Notes: a model not told the origin generated them from the letters alone. Shown: positions 16,994 through 27,152, numbered from the stretch's first letter. The stretch is 64,000 nt of DNA from Spirochaetia bacterium (GCA_965215345.1 CBDCDL010000001.1:845601-909600); one strand, 5' to 3'. Numbers and translations are program-made.

Positions 16994-17045
16994 GTACGTT
17001 GAGGGCGCGGAGGCGCCGCGTCCGACGGACTGCTACGCTGTCGGC

Positions 17046-19553
17046 ATGACGGATTATCAGCCGGTCGAACTGGAGCGCCTCTGCAACGCGGGCGTCGACG
17101 CGCTGCCGCAACTCGATCACGAGCCGCCGGTCGGCAGGCAGCTCTTTCAGGGCCTGCCGTTCGAGGTCGGCGGGCGGCAGCCGGCGACGGAGCGCTGCCT
17201 CATCCGCTGCGGACCGGACTCGGGGTCGGTGACGATCCCGGTCGGCCGCGCCTGCCACACGGTCGTGCTGGCGCACGCCCTGACCGAGAGCAGGCTGATG
17301 GAGGGCGGACCGCTCGGCCGTCCGGTCGCCACCTACACCTTCCGCGCCGTCGGCGGCGCATCGGATGCGGCCGACGCCGTGGCGATCCGCGAGCGGTTCG
17401 AGATCGCCGCGCCGTTTCGCGACCGTCCGTTCACCGCGGTCGAGCACCAGGGCGAGTTCCTGCATCCGCGCTACGAGGGGCCCTGGGAGGAGGCCGGCCG
17501 CCGCCAGACCGAGGCGTCGCGCGGGCCGGCCACCTATTTCCTGTGGGCATGGCGCAATCCCGATCCCGAGCGCGTCGTCGAGGAGATCGTCATCGAGCCC
17601 GCTGCCGGCGGGCCGGCGTTCATCATCGCCGGGGTCACCACCGGCCACGTCGACGAGCACCCGTTCACCCGCCAGGGCCGGCGCGACGTCAAGGTCACGC
17701 TGACCGACCCGGAGGCGGCCCGGCGGCCCTTCGACCTGGACGTGACCGTCGACCGCGGCATCGCCACCTACGTCCACGCGCTGCCCGAGGCGGACGCCGA
17801 CGCGTTCGTCGCCGACGGCCGCGCCGGTTGGGGAGAGCCGCAGAACCCGGCCTCCAGTCCCGCCTACACGGAGATCGCGGCCACGCCCTCGGCCACCGTG
17901 GACGTCACCCAGGGCGGCAGCTCCCTCGGCAAGGTGCGCTGGAGTGAGGTGCAGGAGCGCGGCAGTGCCGAGGACGGCGGCGTGCGGGTCGAGTTGCTGG
18001 ACGGCGGCCGCAACTGGGTGCACGTGACCGTGCTCGACGACGACACCGGCAAGCCGGTGCCGTGCCGGGTCCACTTCCGTTCGCCGGCCGGCGTTCCCTT
18101 CCAGCCGCACGGCCACCACAACCATGTCAACTCCAACAACGGCAGTTGGCACATCGACGTGGGCGGCGACGTGCGCATGGGCCAGATGACCTACGCCTAC
18201 ATCGACGGCCGCTGCCAGGGATGGCTGCCGCGCGGCGACGTGCTCGTCGACGTGGCGCGCGGCTTCGAGTACGACCCGCTGCGCGCTCGCGTGCGCATCG
18301 AGCCCGGCCAGCGCGAGCTGACCCTGCGGCTCAAGCGCTGGACGGACATGAACGCGCACGGGTGGTACTCCGGCGACTCGCACGTCCACTTCCTGTCCGC
18401 GCAGGGCAGTCACACCGAGTCTCAGGGCGAGGACCTGAACGTGGTCAACCTGCTGCAGTCGCAGTGGGGGAGCCTGTTCACCAACACCGAGGAGTTCACC
18501 GGCGGCGCGAGCGTCCATCAGCAGGGCAACAACATCGTCTACGTCAGCCAGGAGAACCGGCAGCACTTCCTGGGACACCTGATCCTCTGGGGCCTCACGG
18601 AGCCGGTGATGCCGTGGTGCTCCGACGGTCCGGGAGAGGCGGAGCCGGGCGGCAGCCTGGACGTGACCATGAGCGACTGGGCCGATCGGACCCACGCGCA
18701 GGGCGGCCACGTGATCATCCCGCACCTGCCCAATCCGAACGGCGAGCCCGCCGCGCTGATCGCCACCGGCCGCGCCGACGGCGTGGAGATGCTGCGCCAG
18801 GGCGAGTTCAACCACCTGGAGTACTACCGCTACCTCAACTGCGGTTACCGCCTGCCCCTGGTCGGCGGCACCGACAAGATGTCCAGCGACGTGCCGATCG
18901 GCCTCTACCGGACCTACGCGCGGGTCGGCGACCAGCAGGAGTTCACCTACCGCGCCTGGTGCGACACGGTGAAGGAGGGGCGGACGTTCCTGAGCGGCGG
19001 CCCGCTGATCGGCATCACCGTGGACGGCGCCGGCATCGGCGACACGCTGCGGCTGTCGGCCGCGGGCACCGTGGAGGTGCACGCCTGGGCGGAGAGCATC
19101 CTGCCCATCCACACGCTGCAGATCGTGCAGGAGGGCCGGATCGTGGCGCAATCAGACGCCGCCGCAACCGGCGCTGGCCGCCGCAGGCTGGAACTGTGCG
19201 AGAAGGTGAAAGTCGACGGTCATAGCTGGCTGGCGGCCCGCGTCGGCGGCTCCGGCTACGGTCAGGTCGACCATCACGACGGCTGGCAGCGGGGCATCTT
19301 CGCGCACACCTCGCCGGTCTACGTGGCGGTCGGCGGCGACTGGTGGATGTTCGACCGCGACGCGGCGGAGTACATGCTCACCCTGATCGACGGCTGCCTG
19401 AACTACATGCGCCACACCGCGCCGCTGCGGCCCGACGCCGAGACCACCTTCCACCACGGTGAACCCGACCACCTGGCCTACCTGGAGCGGCCCTTCCATC
19501 AGGCGCGCGAGGCCATCCACCGCCGCATGCACCAGCTCGGCATCCCGCACTGA
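17046..19553 (+). CDS. CehA/McbA-like (PHP-type) metallohydrolase with a large uncharacterised N-terminal region
   Basis: 835 aa. The C-terminal half has WYSGDSHVHF, HFLGHLILWG, GGHVIIPHL and LVGGTDKMS histidine/aspartate blocks typical of PHP/CehA hydrolases. The first about 400 aa have no motif I recognise. Confidence 0.65.
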   Translation: MTDYQPVELERLCNAGVDALPQLDHEPPVGRQLFQGLPFEVGGRQPATERCLIRCGPDSGSVTIPVGRACHTVVLAHALTESRLMEGGPLGRPVATYTFRAVGGASDAADAVAIRERFEIAAPFRDRPFTAVEHQGEFLHPRYEGPWEEAGRRQTEASRGPATYFLWAWRNPDPERVVEEIVIEPAAGGPAFIIAGVTTGHVDEHPFTRQGRRDVKVTLTDPEAARRPFDLDVTVDRGIATYVHALPEADADAFVADGRAGWGEPQNPASSPAYTEIAATPSATVDVTQGGSSLGKVRWSEVQERGSAEDGGVRVELLDGGRNWVHVTVLDDDTGKPVPCRVHFRSPAGVPFQPHGHHNHVNSNNGSWHIDVGGDVRMGQMTYAYIDGRCQGWLPRGDVLVDVARGFEYDPLRARVRIEPGQRELTLRLKRWTDMNAHGWYSGDSHVHFLSAQGSHTESQGEDLNVVNLLQSQWGSLFTNTEEFTGGASVHQQGNNIVYVSQENRQHFLGHLILWGLTEPVMPWCSDGPGEAEPGGSLDVTMSDWADRTHAQGGHVIIPHLPNPNGEPAALIATGRADGVEMLRQGEFNHLEYYRYLNCGYRLPLVGGTDKMSSDVPIGLYRTYARVGDQQEFTYRAWCDTVKEGRTFLSGGPLIGITVDGAGIGDTLRLSAAGTVEVHAWAESILPIHTLQIVQEGRIVAQSDAAATGAGRRRLELCEKVKVDGHSWLAARVGGSGYGQVDHHDGWQRGIFAHTSPVYVAVGGDWWMFDRDAAEYMLTLIDGCLNYMRHTAPLRPDAETTFHHGEPDHLAYLERPFHQAREAIHRRMHQLGIPH

Positions 19554-19569
19554 TCCCGAGCCGCAGGCC

Positions 19570-20589
19570 ATGGAGGAGGTGATGGCGGCGGCCCGGGCCG
19601 CGGACTTCGACCCGGAGCGCACGCCGCACGGCGGCAGGAGCCGCACCACGCTGGTGGTCGATTACCTGCCCGACGGCCAGCCGCTGGCGTTTCCGGCGCT
19701 GGTCTGTCGCGGCGCCGAGCCGGGCAGGACGCTCGTGGCCACCGGCGTCATCCACGGCGACGAATACGAGGGAGCGCTGGCGATCCAGGACCTGTTCGCG
19801 GAGTTGCGGCCGGAGCGGATGTCCGGCGCCTTCATCGGCATTCCCGTGGTGAACGGCCCGGCGTTCACCGCAGGCACGCGCACCGGCAGCCACGACCATC
19901 GGGACTTGGCGCGCACCTTCCCCGGCAGTCCCGACGGCTCGCCGACCGAGCGCATTGCGCACGCGCTGGCCGAATACGTCATCCCGCGCGCCGACCTGTA
20001 CGCGGACCTGCACTCGGCCGGCAACGACGCCCGGATCAAGCAGTTCGCCGGCTATCAGCTCAGGCCGGAGCTCGGGGCGACGCAGCGCGAGGCCGCGATC
20101 GCCTTCGGCCTGGGCCTGGTCTGGGGGACGGTCGTCCTGCCCGGCCGCAGCCTGACCGCCGCCGGCGAGAAGGGTGTGCCGGCGATCTACGTGGAGCTGG
20201 AAGGCGAGGGGCGCGGCCGGCCGGAGAGCTGCGCGGCGGCACTGCAGGGGCTGCGCAACCTGCTTGCCTACCTGGGCATCGTGGCCGGCGACCACCCGAG
20301 CGGCCCGCCGCCGTTCCTGGTCGAGGACGACCGCGCCGGGTCCGGAGACATGGGGCTGGATGCTCACGCGCCCACCTCCGGCCTGTTCCTGCCCGACGTG
20401 GCGGTCTGGGACCGGGTGGCGGCGGGCGACCGGCTGGGCGTGGTGCGCCGCGCGGACGGCCGCGTGGCCGCCGAAGTGCGCTCGACGAAGGCCGGCCGGG
20501 TGCTGCTGCTGCGCACCCGGCCGCGCGTGATCACCGGTGACACCGTCGCCTGCGTCCTGGAGACGAGCCTCCGTCCCGGCTCGGCATGA
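19570..20589 (+). CDS. succinylglutamate desuccinylase/aspartoacylase (AstE/AspA, M14-like) family protein
   Basis: ATG at 19570. GVIHGDEYEG (zinc HxxE), DLARTFPG and ADLHSAG blocks are present. Confidence 0.85.
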   Translation: MEEVMAAARAADFDPERTPHGGRSRTTLVVDYLPDGQPLAFPALVCRGAEPGRTLVATGVIHGDEYEGALAIQDLFAELRPERMSGAFIGIPVVNGPAFTAGTRTGSHDHRDLARTFPGSPDGSPTERIAHALAEYVIPRADLYADLHSAGNDARIKQFAGYQLRPELGATQREAAIAFGLGLVWGTVVLPGRSLTAAGEKGVPAIYVELEGEGRGRPESCAAALQGLRNLLAYLGIVAGDHPSGPPPFLVEDDRAGSGDMGLDAHAPTSGLFLPDVAVWDRVAAGDRLGVVRRADGRVAAEVRSTKAGRVLLLRTRPRVITGDTVACVLETSLRPGSA

Positions 20590-20609
20590 ACGCCGGGAAG
20601 GGCACCCGT

Positions 20610-21926
20610 TCAACCTTCGAGGGACAGCAGCAGAGGCTCCTCCAGGGCGTCGATGATCCAGCGGAGGAACCGCATCCCGTCCGTGCCGTCGAGCACTCGG
20701 CAGTCGTAGGTCAGGGCGAGCGGCATCCGCAGCCGGTGCACGACGGTGCCGGAGGTCTCGTCCAGCACCGGCTCACGGTGCGGCGGGGACACGCCCAGGA
20801 TGGCCGGTTCCGGTGCGTTGACCGGCGGCGTGAAGTGGCCCATGCCGGTGCCGGTGGTGCCGCCGGGCTCGTAGACCGACAAGCAGCCGCCCTGCGTCCC
20901 GGCGGCGTCCAGCGTGCCGGCGCGCGCCCGCGCGGCCAGGTCGGCGATCTCCACCGAGAGCTGCAGCATGTTCTTGCGGTCGGCGTCGCGGACCACCGGA
21001 AACGACGTCCCGTGCTCGGTATCCACGGCGATGCCGACGTGGCAGCAACCCCGGCGGACCAGCCGGCCGGCGGCCAAGTCCACGCTGGCGTTGCACCGAG
21101 GGAACACCTTCAGCGCGGAGGCGGCCACCTTGGCGAGCATGGCCGCCATGGTCAGTGTACCGCCGGCCGCCTGTGCGCGGGATTCGTAGCGCTCTCGCAG
21201 CGCCTCCAGGCGGGTGACGTCGACCGTGCCGAGCTGCGTGGCCATCGGCACGGTCTGCGCCACGGTGCCCAGCCTCTCGGCAGCCATGCGCTGCCCGGCG
21301 GTCAACGGTACCATCTCGACCGGACCCCACGCGCCCAGGTCGGGCAGCGGTGTGATGGCTGCCGGCGCGAAGCCATCGCCCCGGCGTGCCGCGAGCGCGC
21401 GGACGTCGCGCTCGCGGATGCGGCCTCCCTTGCCGGAGCCGGAGGCAAGCCGCCAGTCGACACCCAGCTCGCGGGCGACCCGTCTGGCCCGGGGGCTCGA
21501 GGCAGGCCCGTCCGCCCGTTCGCCGCGGGACACGGTCTCCGCCACCAGGGCAACGGCGGCGGGCGGCTCCTCTGCCGGCGGCGCCGCGCCGGGATCCGTT
21601 TCCGGTTTCGGCGTCGAACCGTCACCCGCCTTGGCGCGCGCCAAAGCGCCCGGATCGGGGGGAGCCTCGGGAACCTCTTCCCCCTCGGCGAGCAGCCAGC
21701 CGATCACGGTGCCGACGGTCAACTCCGCGCCGGTCTCGGCGACGCCGGGCCGGATGTGCAGGACGCCCGCGTCCAGGGATTCCACCTCCTCGGTGGCCTT
21801 CTCTCCCTCGATGGTGAAGACGGGCTCGCCGGCGGCGACGGCTTCGCCGTCCTGCTTCAGCCACTCACCGAAGACGCCCGACTCCATCGACCAGCCGAGC
21901 CGCGGGACCAGGACCTCGAAAGCCAT
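20610..21926 (-). CDS. 2-oxoacid dehydrogenase E2 (dihydrolipoamide acyltransferase) with Cys replacing the catalytic His
   Basis: Has a lipoyl domain (FTIEGEKATEEVES), an E3/E1-binding domain (SPRARRVARELGVD) and a catalytic domain. The canonical DHRxxDG reads YDCRVLDG, with codon TGC at 20702-20700. Confidence 0.85.
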   Translation of the reverse strand: MAFEVLVPRLGWSMESGVFGEWLKQDGEAVAAGEPVFTIEGEKATEEVESLDAGVLHIRPGVAETGAELTVGTVIGWLLAEGEEVPEAPPDPGALARAKAGDGSTPKPETDPGAAPPAEEPPAAVALVAETVSRGERADGPASSPRARRVARELGVDWRLASGSGKGGRIRERDVRALAARRGDGFAPAAITPLPDLGAWGPVEMVPLTAGQRMAAERLGTVAQTVPMATQLGTVDVTRLEALRERYESRAQAAGGTLTMAAMLAKVAASALKVFPRCNASVDLAAGRLVRRGCCHVGIAVDTEHGTSFPVVRDADRKNMLQLSVEIADLAARARAGTLDAAGTQGGCLSVYEPGGTTGTGMGHFTPPVNAPEPAILGVSPPHREPVLDETSGTVVHRLRMPLALTYDCRVLDGTDGMRFLRWIIDALEEPLLLSLEG

Positions 21927-21936
21927 GCGCCGTGCT

Positions 21937-22914
21937 CTATTCGTCCCGCAGGTCCAGGACCGCCTGCACGATGGCGTCCGTGCCGATGGTGAGCTCGTTC
22001 TCCAGGACCGGGCTGTAGGGCGCCGGCGCGAAGCCGCAGTGCAGGCGCTTGATCGGCGCGTCCAGGTCGTCGAAGGCCTCGTCTCCGACGCGGGCGGCGA
22101 TGTCGGCGGCCACGCTGCACGGCGCGTAGTCCTCCTCCACCACCAGCAGCCGGCCGGTCTTGTGCACGGACTGCTTGATGGTCTCCAGGTCGAGCGGCGC
22201 CACGGTGAGCGGGTCGACCACCTCCACCGAGACGCCCTGCCCCTCCAGGATCGCGGCCGCCTCCACGCACTTGGGCACCATCGCCGCGATCGCGACGATC
22301 GTGACGTCCCTTCCCTGCCGGACGACCTCGGCCTGGCCGAACGGGATGGCGTACTCGCCGTCCGGCACCTCCTCCTTCAGTACGAGCAGCGCCCGATGCT
22401 CCAGGAACACGACCGGATCGTGCGAGCGCAGGGCGGTCGTCAGCAGGCCCTTCGCGGTGCGCGGACCCGAGGGCAGGGCGACGTGGAAGCCCGGCTGATG
22501 GACCAGGAACGAGTAGAAGCTGCCCGAGTGGTGCGACGACCCGGACTTGTAGAGCCCGATGCAGGCGCGGATCACCATCGGCACGCTGATGCGGCCGGAG
22601 CTCATCCAGCGCATGCGCGACGCCTGGTTGATCAGGTCGCCGAACGCGTCCAGCGCGAAGTCCACGAACATGAAGTCGACCACGGGGCGCGCGCCGGCGA
22701 TGGCCGCGCCCACGCACATGGTGGAGAACCCCCGCTCGCAGATCGGCGTGTCGCGCAGCCGCTCCGGGCCGTGCAGGTCATACAGGCCGGTGGTCGTGTT
22801 GAAGTTGCCGCCGCGCTCGCCGATCCCCTCGCCGACGACGAAGATGGTCGCGTCGCGCTCCATCTCCTGCGCCAGCGCAGCGCGCGCCGCCTCGACGTAG
22901 TTGGTCTCCGCCAT
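21937..22914 (-). CDS. 2-oxoacid (pyruvate/acetoin-type) dehydrogenase E1 beta subunit
   Basis: 325 aa. Shows FVVGEGIG, DTPICERGF and PVVFLEH transketolase-like blocks. Confidence 0.92.
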   Translation of the reverse strand: MAETNYVEAARAALAQEMERDATIFVVGEGIGERGGNFNTTTGLYDLHGPERLRDTPICERGFSTMCVGAAIAGARPVVDFMFVDFALDAFGDLINQASRMRWMSSGRISVPMVIRACIGLYKSGSSHHSGSFYSFLVHQPGFHVALPSGPRTAKGLLTTALRSHDPVVFLEHRALLVLKEEVPDGEYAIPFGQAEVVRQGRDVTIVAIAAMVPKCVEAAAILEGQGVSVEVVDPLTVAPLDLETIKQSVHKTGRLLVVEEDYAPCSVAADIAARVGDEAFDDLDAPIKRLHCGFAPAPYSPVLENELTIGTDAIVQAVLDLRDE

Positions 22915-22923
22915 GCCGCGCTC

Positions 22924-23949
22924 CTACCTTCCGTCCGCGACTTGGCCGTCGAGGACGTGGTCCAGGACGGTCGCCGGATCGGGTTCGCCTGAGGCGAGCG
23001 CCGCCTCGTTGGCCGAGTCGACCGCCGCGGCGACCTCGGCCTCCAGAGCGTCCAGTTCCTCGGCGGAGGCGGTCCCGTCATCGGTCAGAGAGGTCCGCAA
23101 CGCCACGATCGGGTCGCTGGCCTTCCACTCCTCGACCTCTTCGCGGGTCCGGTAGCCCGAGTCCCGCATCCCTTCCGCGTGCGACCGCTGCCGGTAGGTC
23201 CGGCACTCCAGCAGGGTCGGACCGCCGCCGTCCCGCGCCCGCGCGATCGCCTGAGCGGCCTCCCGGTACACCTCGCGTACGTCGTTGCCGTCGACCACGG
23301 CGTGCGGCAGCGCGTAGGCCTCGGCTTTCCTGGCGACGCTCTGCTCCCTGGTCACGGTCGCGAACGGCACCTCGGTCGCGTACAGGTTGTTCTCGCACAC
23401 GAACAGCACGGGCAGCTCCCAGACGGTCGCCATGTTGCATCCCTCGTGGAACGCGCCGTTGTTGACCGCGCCGTCGCCGAAGTAGGCCACGCTCACGCGG
23501 TCGCTCCCGGCCAGCCTGAAGCGGTAGGCGGCGCCGGCGGCCAGCAGGATGCTCGGCCCGACGATGCCGCTGGTGCCCATCAGCCCGATCTCGGGCTTGA
23601 ACAGGTGCATGCTGCCGCCGCGGCCGCCCGACGCGCCGCCTGCCAGTCCGTACAGCTCCGCGAACAGCTCGACCGGAGCCAGCCCCTTGGCCAGCGCGTG
23701 GCCGTGGCCGCGGTGCGTGCCGAACACCAGATCGTCGTCGCGCAGGTCGATGCTGACGCCGGTCGCGACCGCCTCCTCGCCGATGTAGGTGTGGCAGCCG
23801 CCGTAGATCAGCCCGGCCTGGAACGACCGCACCAGCCGCTCCTCGCACTTCCTGATCGTGACCATGATCCGGTAGCAGCGGAGCAGCAGATCCCGGTCCG
23901 GCTCGCTGCGCGCCGCGCGCTCGTTCTCCGTCGCCGACTGTGCCTTCAC
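22924..23949 (-). CDS. 2-oxoacid dehydrogenase E1 alpha subunit (TPP-binding)
   Basis: GTG at 23949 with a GGAGG 10 nt upstream. TPP motif GDGAVNNGAFHEGCNMATVWELPVLFVCENN. The ORF-track start at 24159 adds an implausible 70-aa leader. Confidence 0.88.
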   Translation of the reverse strand: MKAQSATENERAARSEPDRDLLLRCYRIMVTIRKCEERLVRSFQAGLIYGGCHTYIGEEAVATGVSIDLRDDDLVFGTHRGHGHALAKGLAPVELFAELYGLAGGASGGRGGSMHLFKPEIGLMGTSGIVGPSILLAAGAAYRFRLAGSDRVSVAYFGDGAVNNGAFHEGCNMATVWELPVLFVCENNLYATEVPFATVTREQSVARKAEAYALPHAVVDGNDVREVYREAAQAIARARDGGGPTLLECRTYRQRSHAEGMRDSGYRTREEVEEWKASDPIVALRTSLTDDGTASAEELDALEAEVAAAVDSANEAALASGEPDPATVLDHVLDGQVADGR

Positions 23950-24139
23950 GTTCGCACCACCTCCGCTCGCCGGCTCATCGGCCAGTATACTTTTATGCTC
24001 ATGCGTGATTGCTGTTCGCCACGGCGGCGCAACCGTGAGGACGGTTTCCTTATAACAGGATGCGGCGGCCGGCGAAAAGGGCGGCGTGGGTGGTTGACGG
24101 CCGCTGCCGAATCCGGTAGACGCAGGAAGAAGCCGATCC

Positions 24140-25108
24140 ATGCCGAAAGCCGTCATCACCGATCACTCGTTCGAGACGCCCGACATCGAGAAGTCCGTCC
24201 TCGAGCCGCTCGGGTGCTCGCTGATCTCCCAGAGAGCGTTCACGGATCAGGAGGCTCTCATCGACCTGGTGCGCGACGCAGACTACGTCATCACCCAGTT
24301 CGCGCCGGTGAACGCGGACGTGATCGAATGTATGCAAAAATGCACGATCATCGTGCGCTACGGCATCGGCGTGGACAACGTGGACCTCTCGGCCGCCGAA
24401 CGGAAGGGGATTCCGGTCTGCAACGTGCCCGATTACTGCATCGACGAGGTCGCCGACCACGCGATCGCGATGATCCTGGATCTGACGCGCAGGATCACCC
24501 AGAACGCCCTCACGGTGCGCAGCGGAGGCTGGGGGCTGGCGGTGGAGCCCGCCGCCATGTGCGCCCTGAAGGGACGCACCGTCGGCGTCGTGGCCTACGG
24601 CAGGATCGGGCGCGAGGTGGCTCTGCGGCTCAAGCCGTTCAAGTGCCGGGTCATCGCCTGCGACCCCGCGGTCGATCCGGCCCGGATGGAGGCCGACGGG
24701 GTGGAGCCGGTGAGCCTCCAGCGGCTCTACGCGGAGAGCGACATCGTCACCCTGCACTGCCCGAGCACCGAAGCGACCCGCTCCATGGTCGCCGCGGAAT
24801 CCATCGCGGCCATGAAGGACGGCGCGCTCCTGGTCAACGTCGCCCGCGGCACCCTGGTCGACACCGATGACCTTGCAGCCGCACTGCGGAGCGGCAAGCT
24901 CGCGGGGGCGGCCCTGGACGTAACCGATCCGGAGCCGATCGACCCCCGACATCCGCTGGTGGGGATGGACAACGTGGTCATCACGTCTCACGTCGCGTCG
25001 GTGAGCGAGCCGTCCGGCCGGAAGCTGCGCACGAGCGTCGCCAACACCGTTGCCGCCGCGATCAGGGGTGACAAGCTCCCGAACGTCGTCAACGGCGTGA
25101 GCGCCTGA
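24140..25108 (+). CDS. D-isomer-specific 2-hydroxyacid dehydrogenase (PGDH/CtBP-like)
   Basis: 322 aa with VGVVAYGRIGREVA (NAD fold), LVNVARG, ALDVTDPEP and ITSHVAS. Confidence 0.9.
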   Translation: MPKAVITDHSFETPDIEKSVLEPLGCSLISQRAFTDQEALIDLVRDADYVITQFAPVNADVIECMQKCTIIVRYGIGVDNVDLSAAERKGIPVCNVPDYCIDEVADHAIAMILDLTRRITQNALTVRSGGWGLAVEPAAMCALKGRTVGVVAYGRIGREVALRLKPFKCRVIACDPAVDPARMEADGVEPVSLQRLYAESDIVTLHCPSTEATRSMVAAESIAAMKDGALLVNVARGTLVDTDDLAAALRSGKLAGAALDVTDPEPIDPRHPLVGMDNVVITSHVASVSEPSGRKLRTSVANTVAAAIRGDKLPNVVNGVSA

Positions 25109-25121
25109 GGACACGGTCCCG

Positions 25122-27152
25122 ATGCCTGCGCTCGTCAAGCAGTCCGAACTCGACAGGGCGCGTGCCTGGCTCGACGCGTCGTTCGTGTCCGCCGGCGCGG
25201 CCGCGTTGCCGCTCTCGTACCGGTGCGGGGAGCGCCCCGTGTCGTCGGTGCTCGGCGACTGGTCGGTGCAAAGCGACGGCCCGAGCACGGATGCGGGGGT
25301 GACCCGGCAGGCCGTCACCTTCACCGACCCGTGCACCGTGCTGAGGTGCCGGATCGAGATCGCCACGTACGACGAATATCCGGCGGTCGAGTGGGTGGTC
25401 CGGTTCGAGAACGCCGGCACGCAGGACTCGCCGATCCTGTCGCAGATCATGCCGCTCGACGCCTTCTTCCCGGCCGACCGCGCGGCGGAGTGCCGCGTGC
25501 ACCACGCGCGCGGCGGGCTCACCCAGACCGACGACTTCGAGCCGCTCTGCACGCCGCTCACCTTCCGCCAGGGCGGACGCAGGCTCGACCTTGCGGCCCG
25601 CACCGGCAAGTCCTCGACGCTGCATCTGCCGTTCTTCAACCTGGAGATCGGGTCCGGCGGCGTCATCGGCGCCATCGGCTGGTCGGGCGGCTGGGCGGCG
25701 TCCTTCGAGCGCGGCGACGAGGGCGTGCGCGTGGCCGCCGGCATGGAACGCACGCATCTGACGCTGGGCCCGGGAGAGCGGATCAGGACGCCGCGCATCC
25801 TGCTGCTCTTCTGGGACGCGGACGGAGACGGCGAGCCGGGGGTCTCGACAGGGCGGGTCCGTGGACACAACGTGCTGCGCCGTCTGATCCTGTCCCACTA
25901 CACGCCGCGCCCGAACGGCAGGCCGCTGCGGCCGCCGTTCTGCGAGGGGGCATGGGGCGCTCGGCCGGAGTCCGTTCACTTGGCGAAGATCGCCTGGCTG
26001 GCCGAGCACCGCATCCCGACCGAGTGCTACTGGATCGACGCCGGCTGGTACGGGCCGCGTCCCATCGCGGAGGCGGCCGACGGGTTGAGCGGCGGCTGGA
26101 TGAAGCAGGTGGGAAGCTGGACTCCGAACGCGAAGGCGTACCCGCGTGGCTTGCGGCCGATCGGCGACGCCGCGGCGCGGGCGGGGCTGGGCCTGGTGCT
26201 GTGGGTCGAGCCGGAGCGCGCGTTTCATGGCTCCGAAATGGCGCGGGAGCATCCCGAGTGGCTCATCGGGCCGGTGCGGTCGGGATACGTGGACGGCGAC
26301 AACTACCTGGTCAACCTCGGTATCCCGGAGGCGCGGCGCCACGTCACCGAGATGCTCTCCAGCCTCATCGCCGACGGAGGGGTGACCTGCTACCGCCAGG
26401 ACTTCAACGACCTCAGGGTCCCGGAGCTGTGCGCGATGGCCGACGCGCCGGACCGGATCGGCATGACCGAGATCGGCCATATCACCGGCTTGTACGCGAT
26501 GTGGGACGAGCTGCTCGCCCGCCACCCGGGCCTGATCATCGACAACTGCGCCGGCGGCGGGCAGCGCATCGACCTGGAGACCATCTCGCGCAGTGTGCCG
26601 CTGTGGCGAAGCGACCTGCAGTGCTTTCCGTTCGACCCCATGGCCATGCAGACGCAGTCGCAGGGACTCGCGCCGTGGGTGCCGCTGAGCGCGGCGGTCG
26701 CCAAGGACACGACCGCCTACGCAATGCGCAGCGCGGCGGGCCCAGCGATCATCACGCACTTCAGCTCGCGCGCGGTCGAGGGCAGGGAAGCGGTGCCCGC
26801 CGAGCGGCTGCGCGAGCGGCTGGCGGAGGCGCGCGAGATCCGCGGCTACTTCTCCGGCGATTTCTACCCGCTGTTGACCTTCAGCCTGGCCGCGGACGCG
26901 TGGGCGGCGTGGCAGTACGACTGCCCCGAGCGGGGCGACGGGCTGGTGCTGGCATTCCGGCGCCATGAGTCGCCGTTCCGGGAATGGCAGGCGACGCTTC
27001 GCGCGCTCGACCCGGCCGCGATGTACGAGGTCCGCTCGCGGGATGACGGCGGCACGTGGAGCGCGCGGGGCGGCGCGCTGATGGACGACGGGTTCGCCGT
27101 CCGTATCGATGCTCGGCCGGGTAGTGCGCTCTACACCTACCGGTTGGTGTGA
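25122..27152 (+). CDS. GH36-like glycoside hydrolase (alpha-galactosidase family)
   Basis: 676 aa with YWIDAGWY, LVLWVEPE, CYRQDFN and IDNCAGGGQRID blocks, paralleling GH36 catalytic barrels. Paralogous to the genes at 30873 and 33058. Confidence 0.7.
   Translation: MPALVKQSELDRARAWLDASFVSAGAAALPLSYRCGERPVSSVLGDWSVQSDGPSTDAGVTRQAVTFTDPCTVLRCRIEIATYDEYPAVEWVVRFENAGTQDSPILSQIMPLDAFFPADRAAECRVHHARGGLTQTDDFEPLCTPLTFRQGGRRLDLAARTGKSSTLHLPFFNLEIGSGGVIGAIGWSGGWAASFERGDEGVRVAAGMERTHLTLGPGERIRTPRILLLFWDADGDGEPGVSTGRVRGHNVLRRLILSHYTPRPNGRPLRPPFCEGAWGARPESVHLAKIAWLAEHRIPTECYWIDAGWYGPRPIAEAADGLSGGWMKQVGSWTPNAKAYPRGLRPIGDAAARAGLGLVLWVEPERAFHGSEMAREHPEWLIGPVRSGYVDGDNYLVNLGIPEARRHVTEMLSSLIADGGVTCYRQDFNDLRVPELCAMADAPDRIGMTEIGHITGLYAMWDELLARHPGLIIDNCAGGGQRIDLETISRSVPLWRSDLQCFPFDPMAMQTQSQGLAPWVPLSAAVAKDTTAYAMRSAAGPAIITHFSSRAVEGREAVPAERLRERLAEAREIRGYFSGDFYPLLTFSLAADAWAAWQYDCPERGDGLVLAFRRHESPFREWQATLRALDPAAMYEVRSRDDGGTWSARGGALMDDGFAVRIDARPGSALYTYRLV

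Noticed and set aside
16926-19151. 741-aa minus-strand ORF
   Set aside because: It is antisense to the CehA-like gene and has the same Arg/Ala/Gly-rich shadow composition.
23950-24139. Sigma-70-like promoter TTGACG-N17-TAGACG in the divergent region between the E1alpha and hydroxyacid dehydrogenase genes
   Set aside because: The -10 hexamer is a poor match (3/6, lacking the invariant final T). It is not strong enough to report as a feature.
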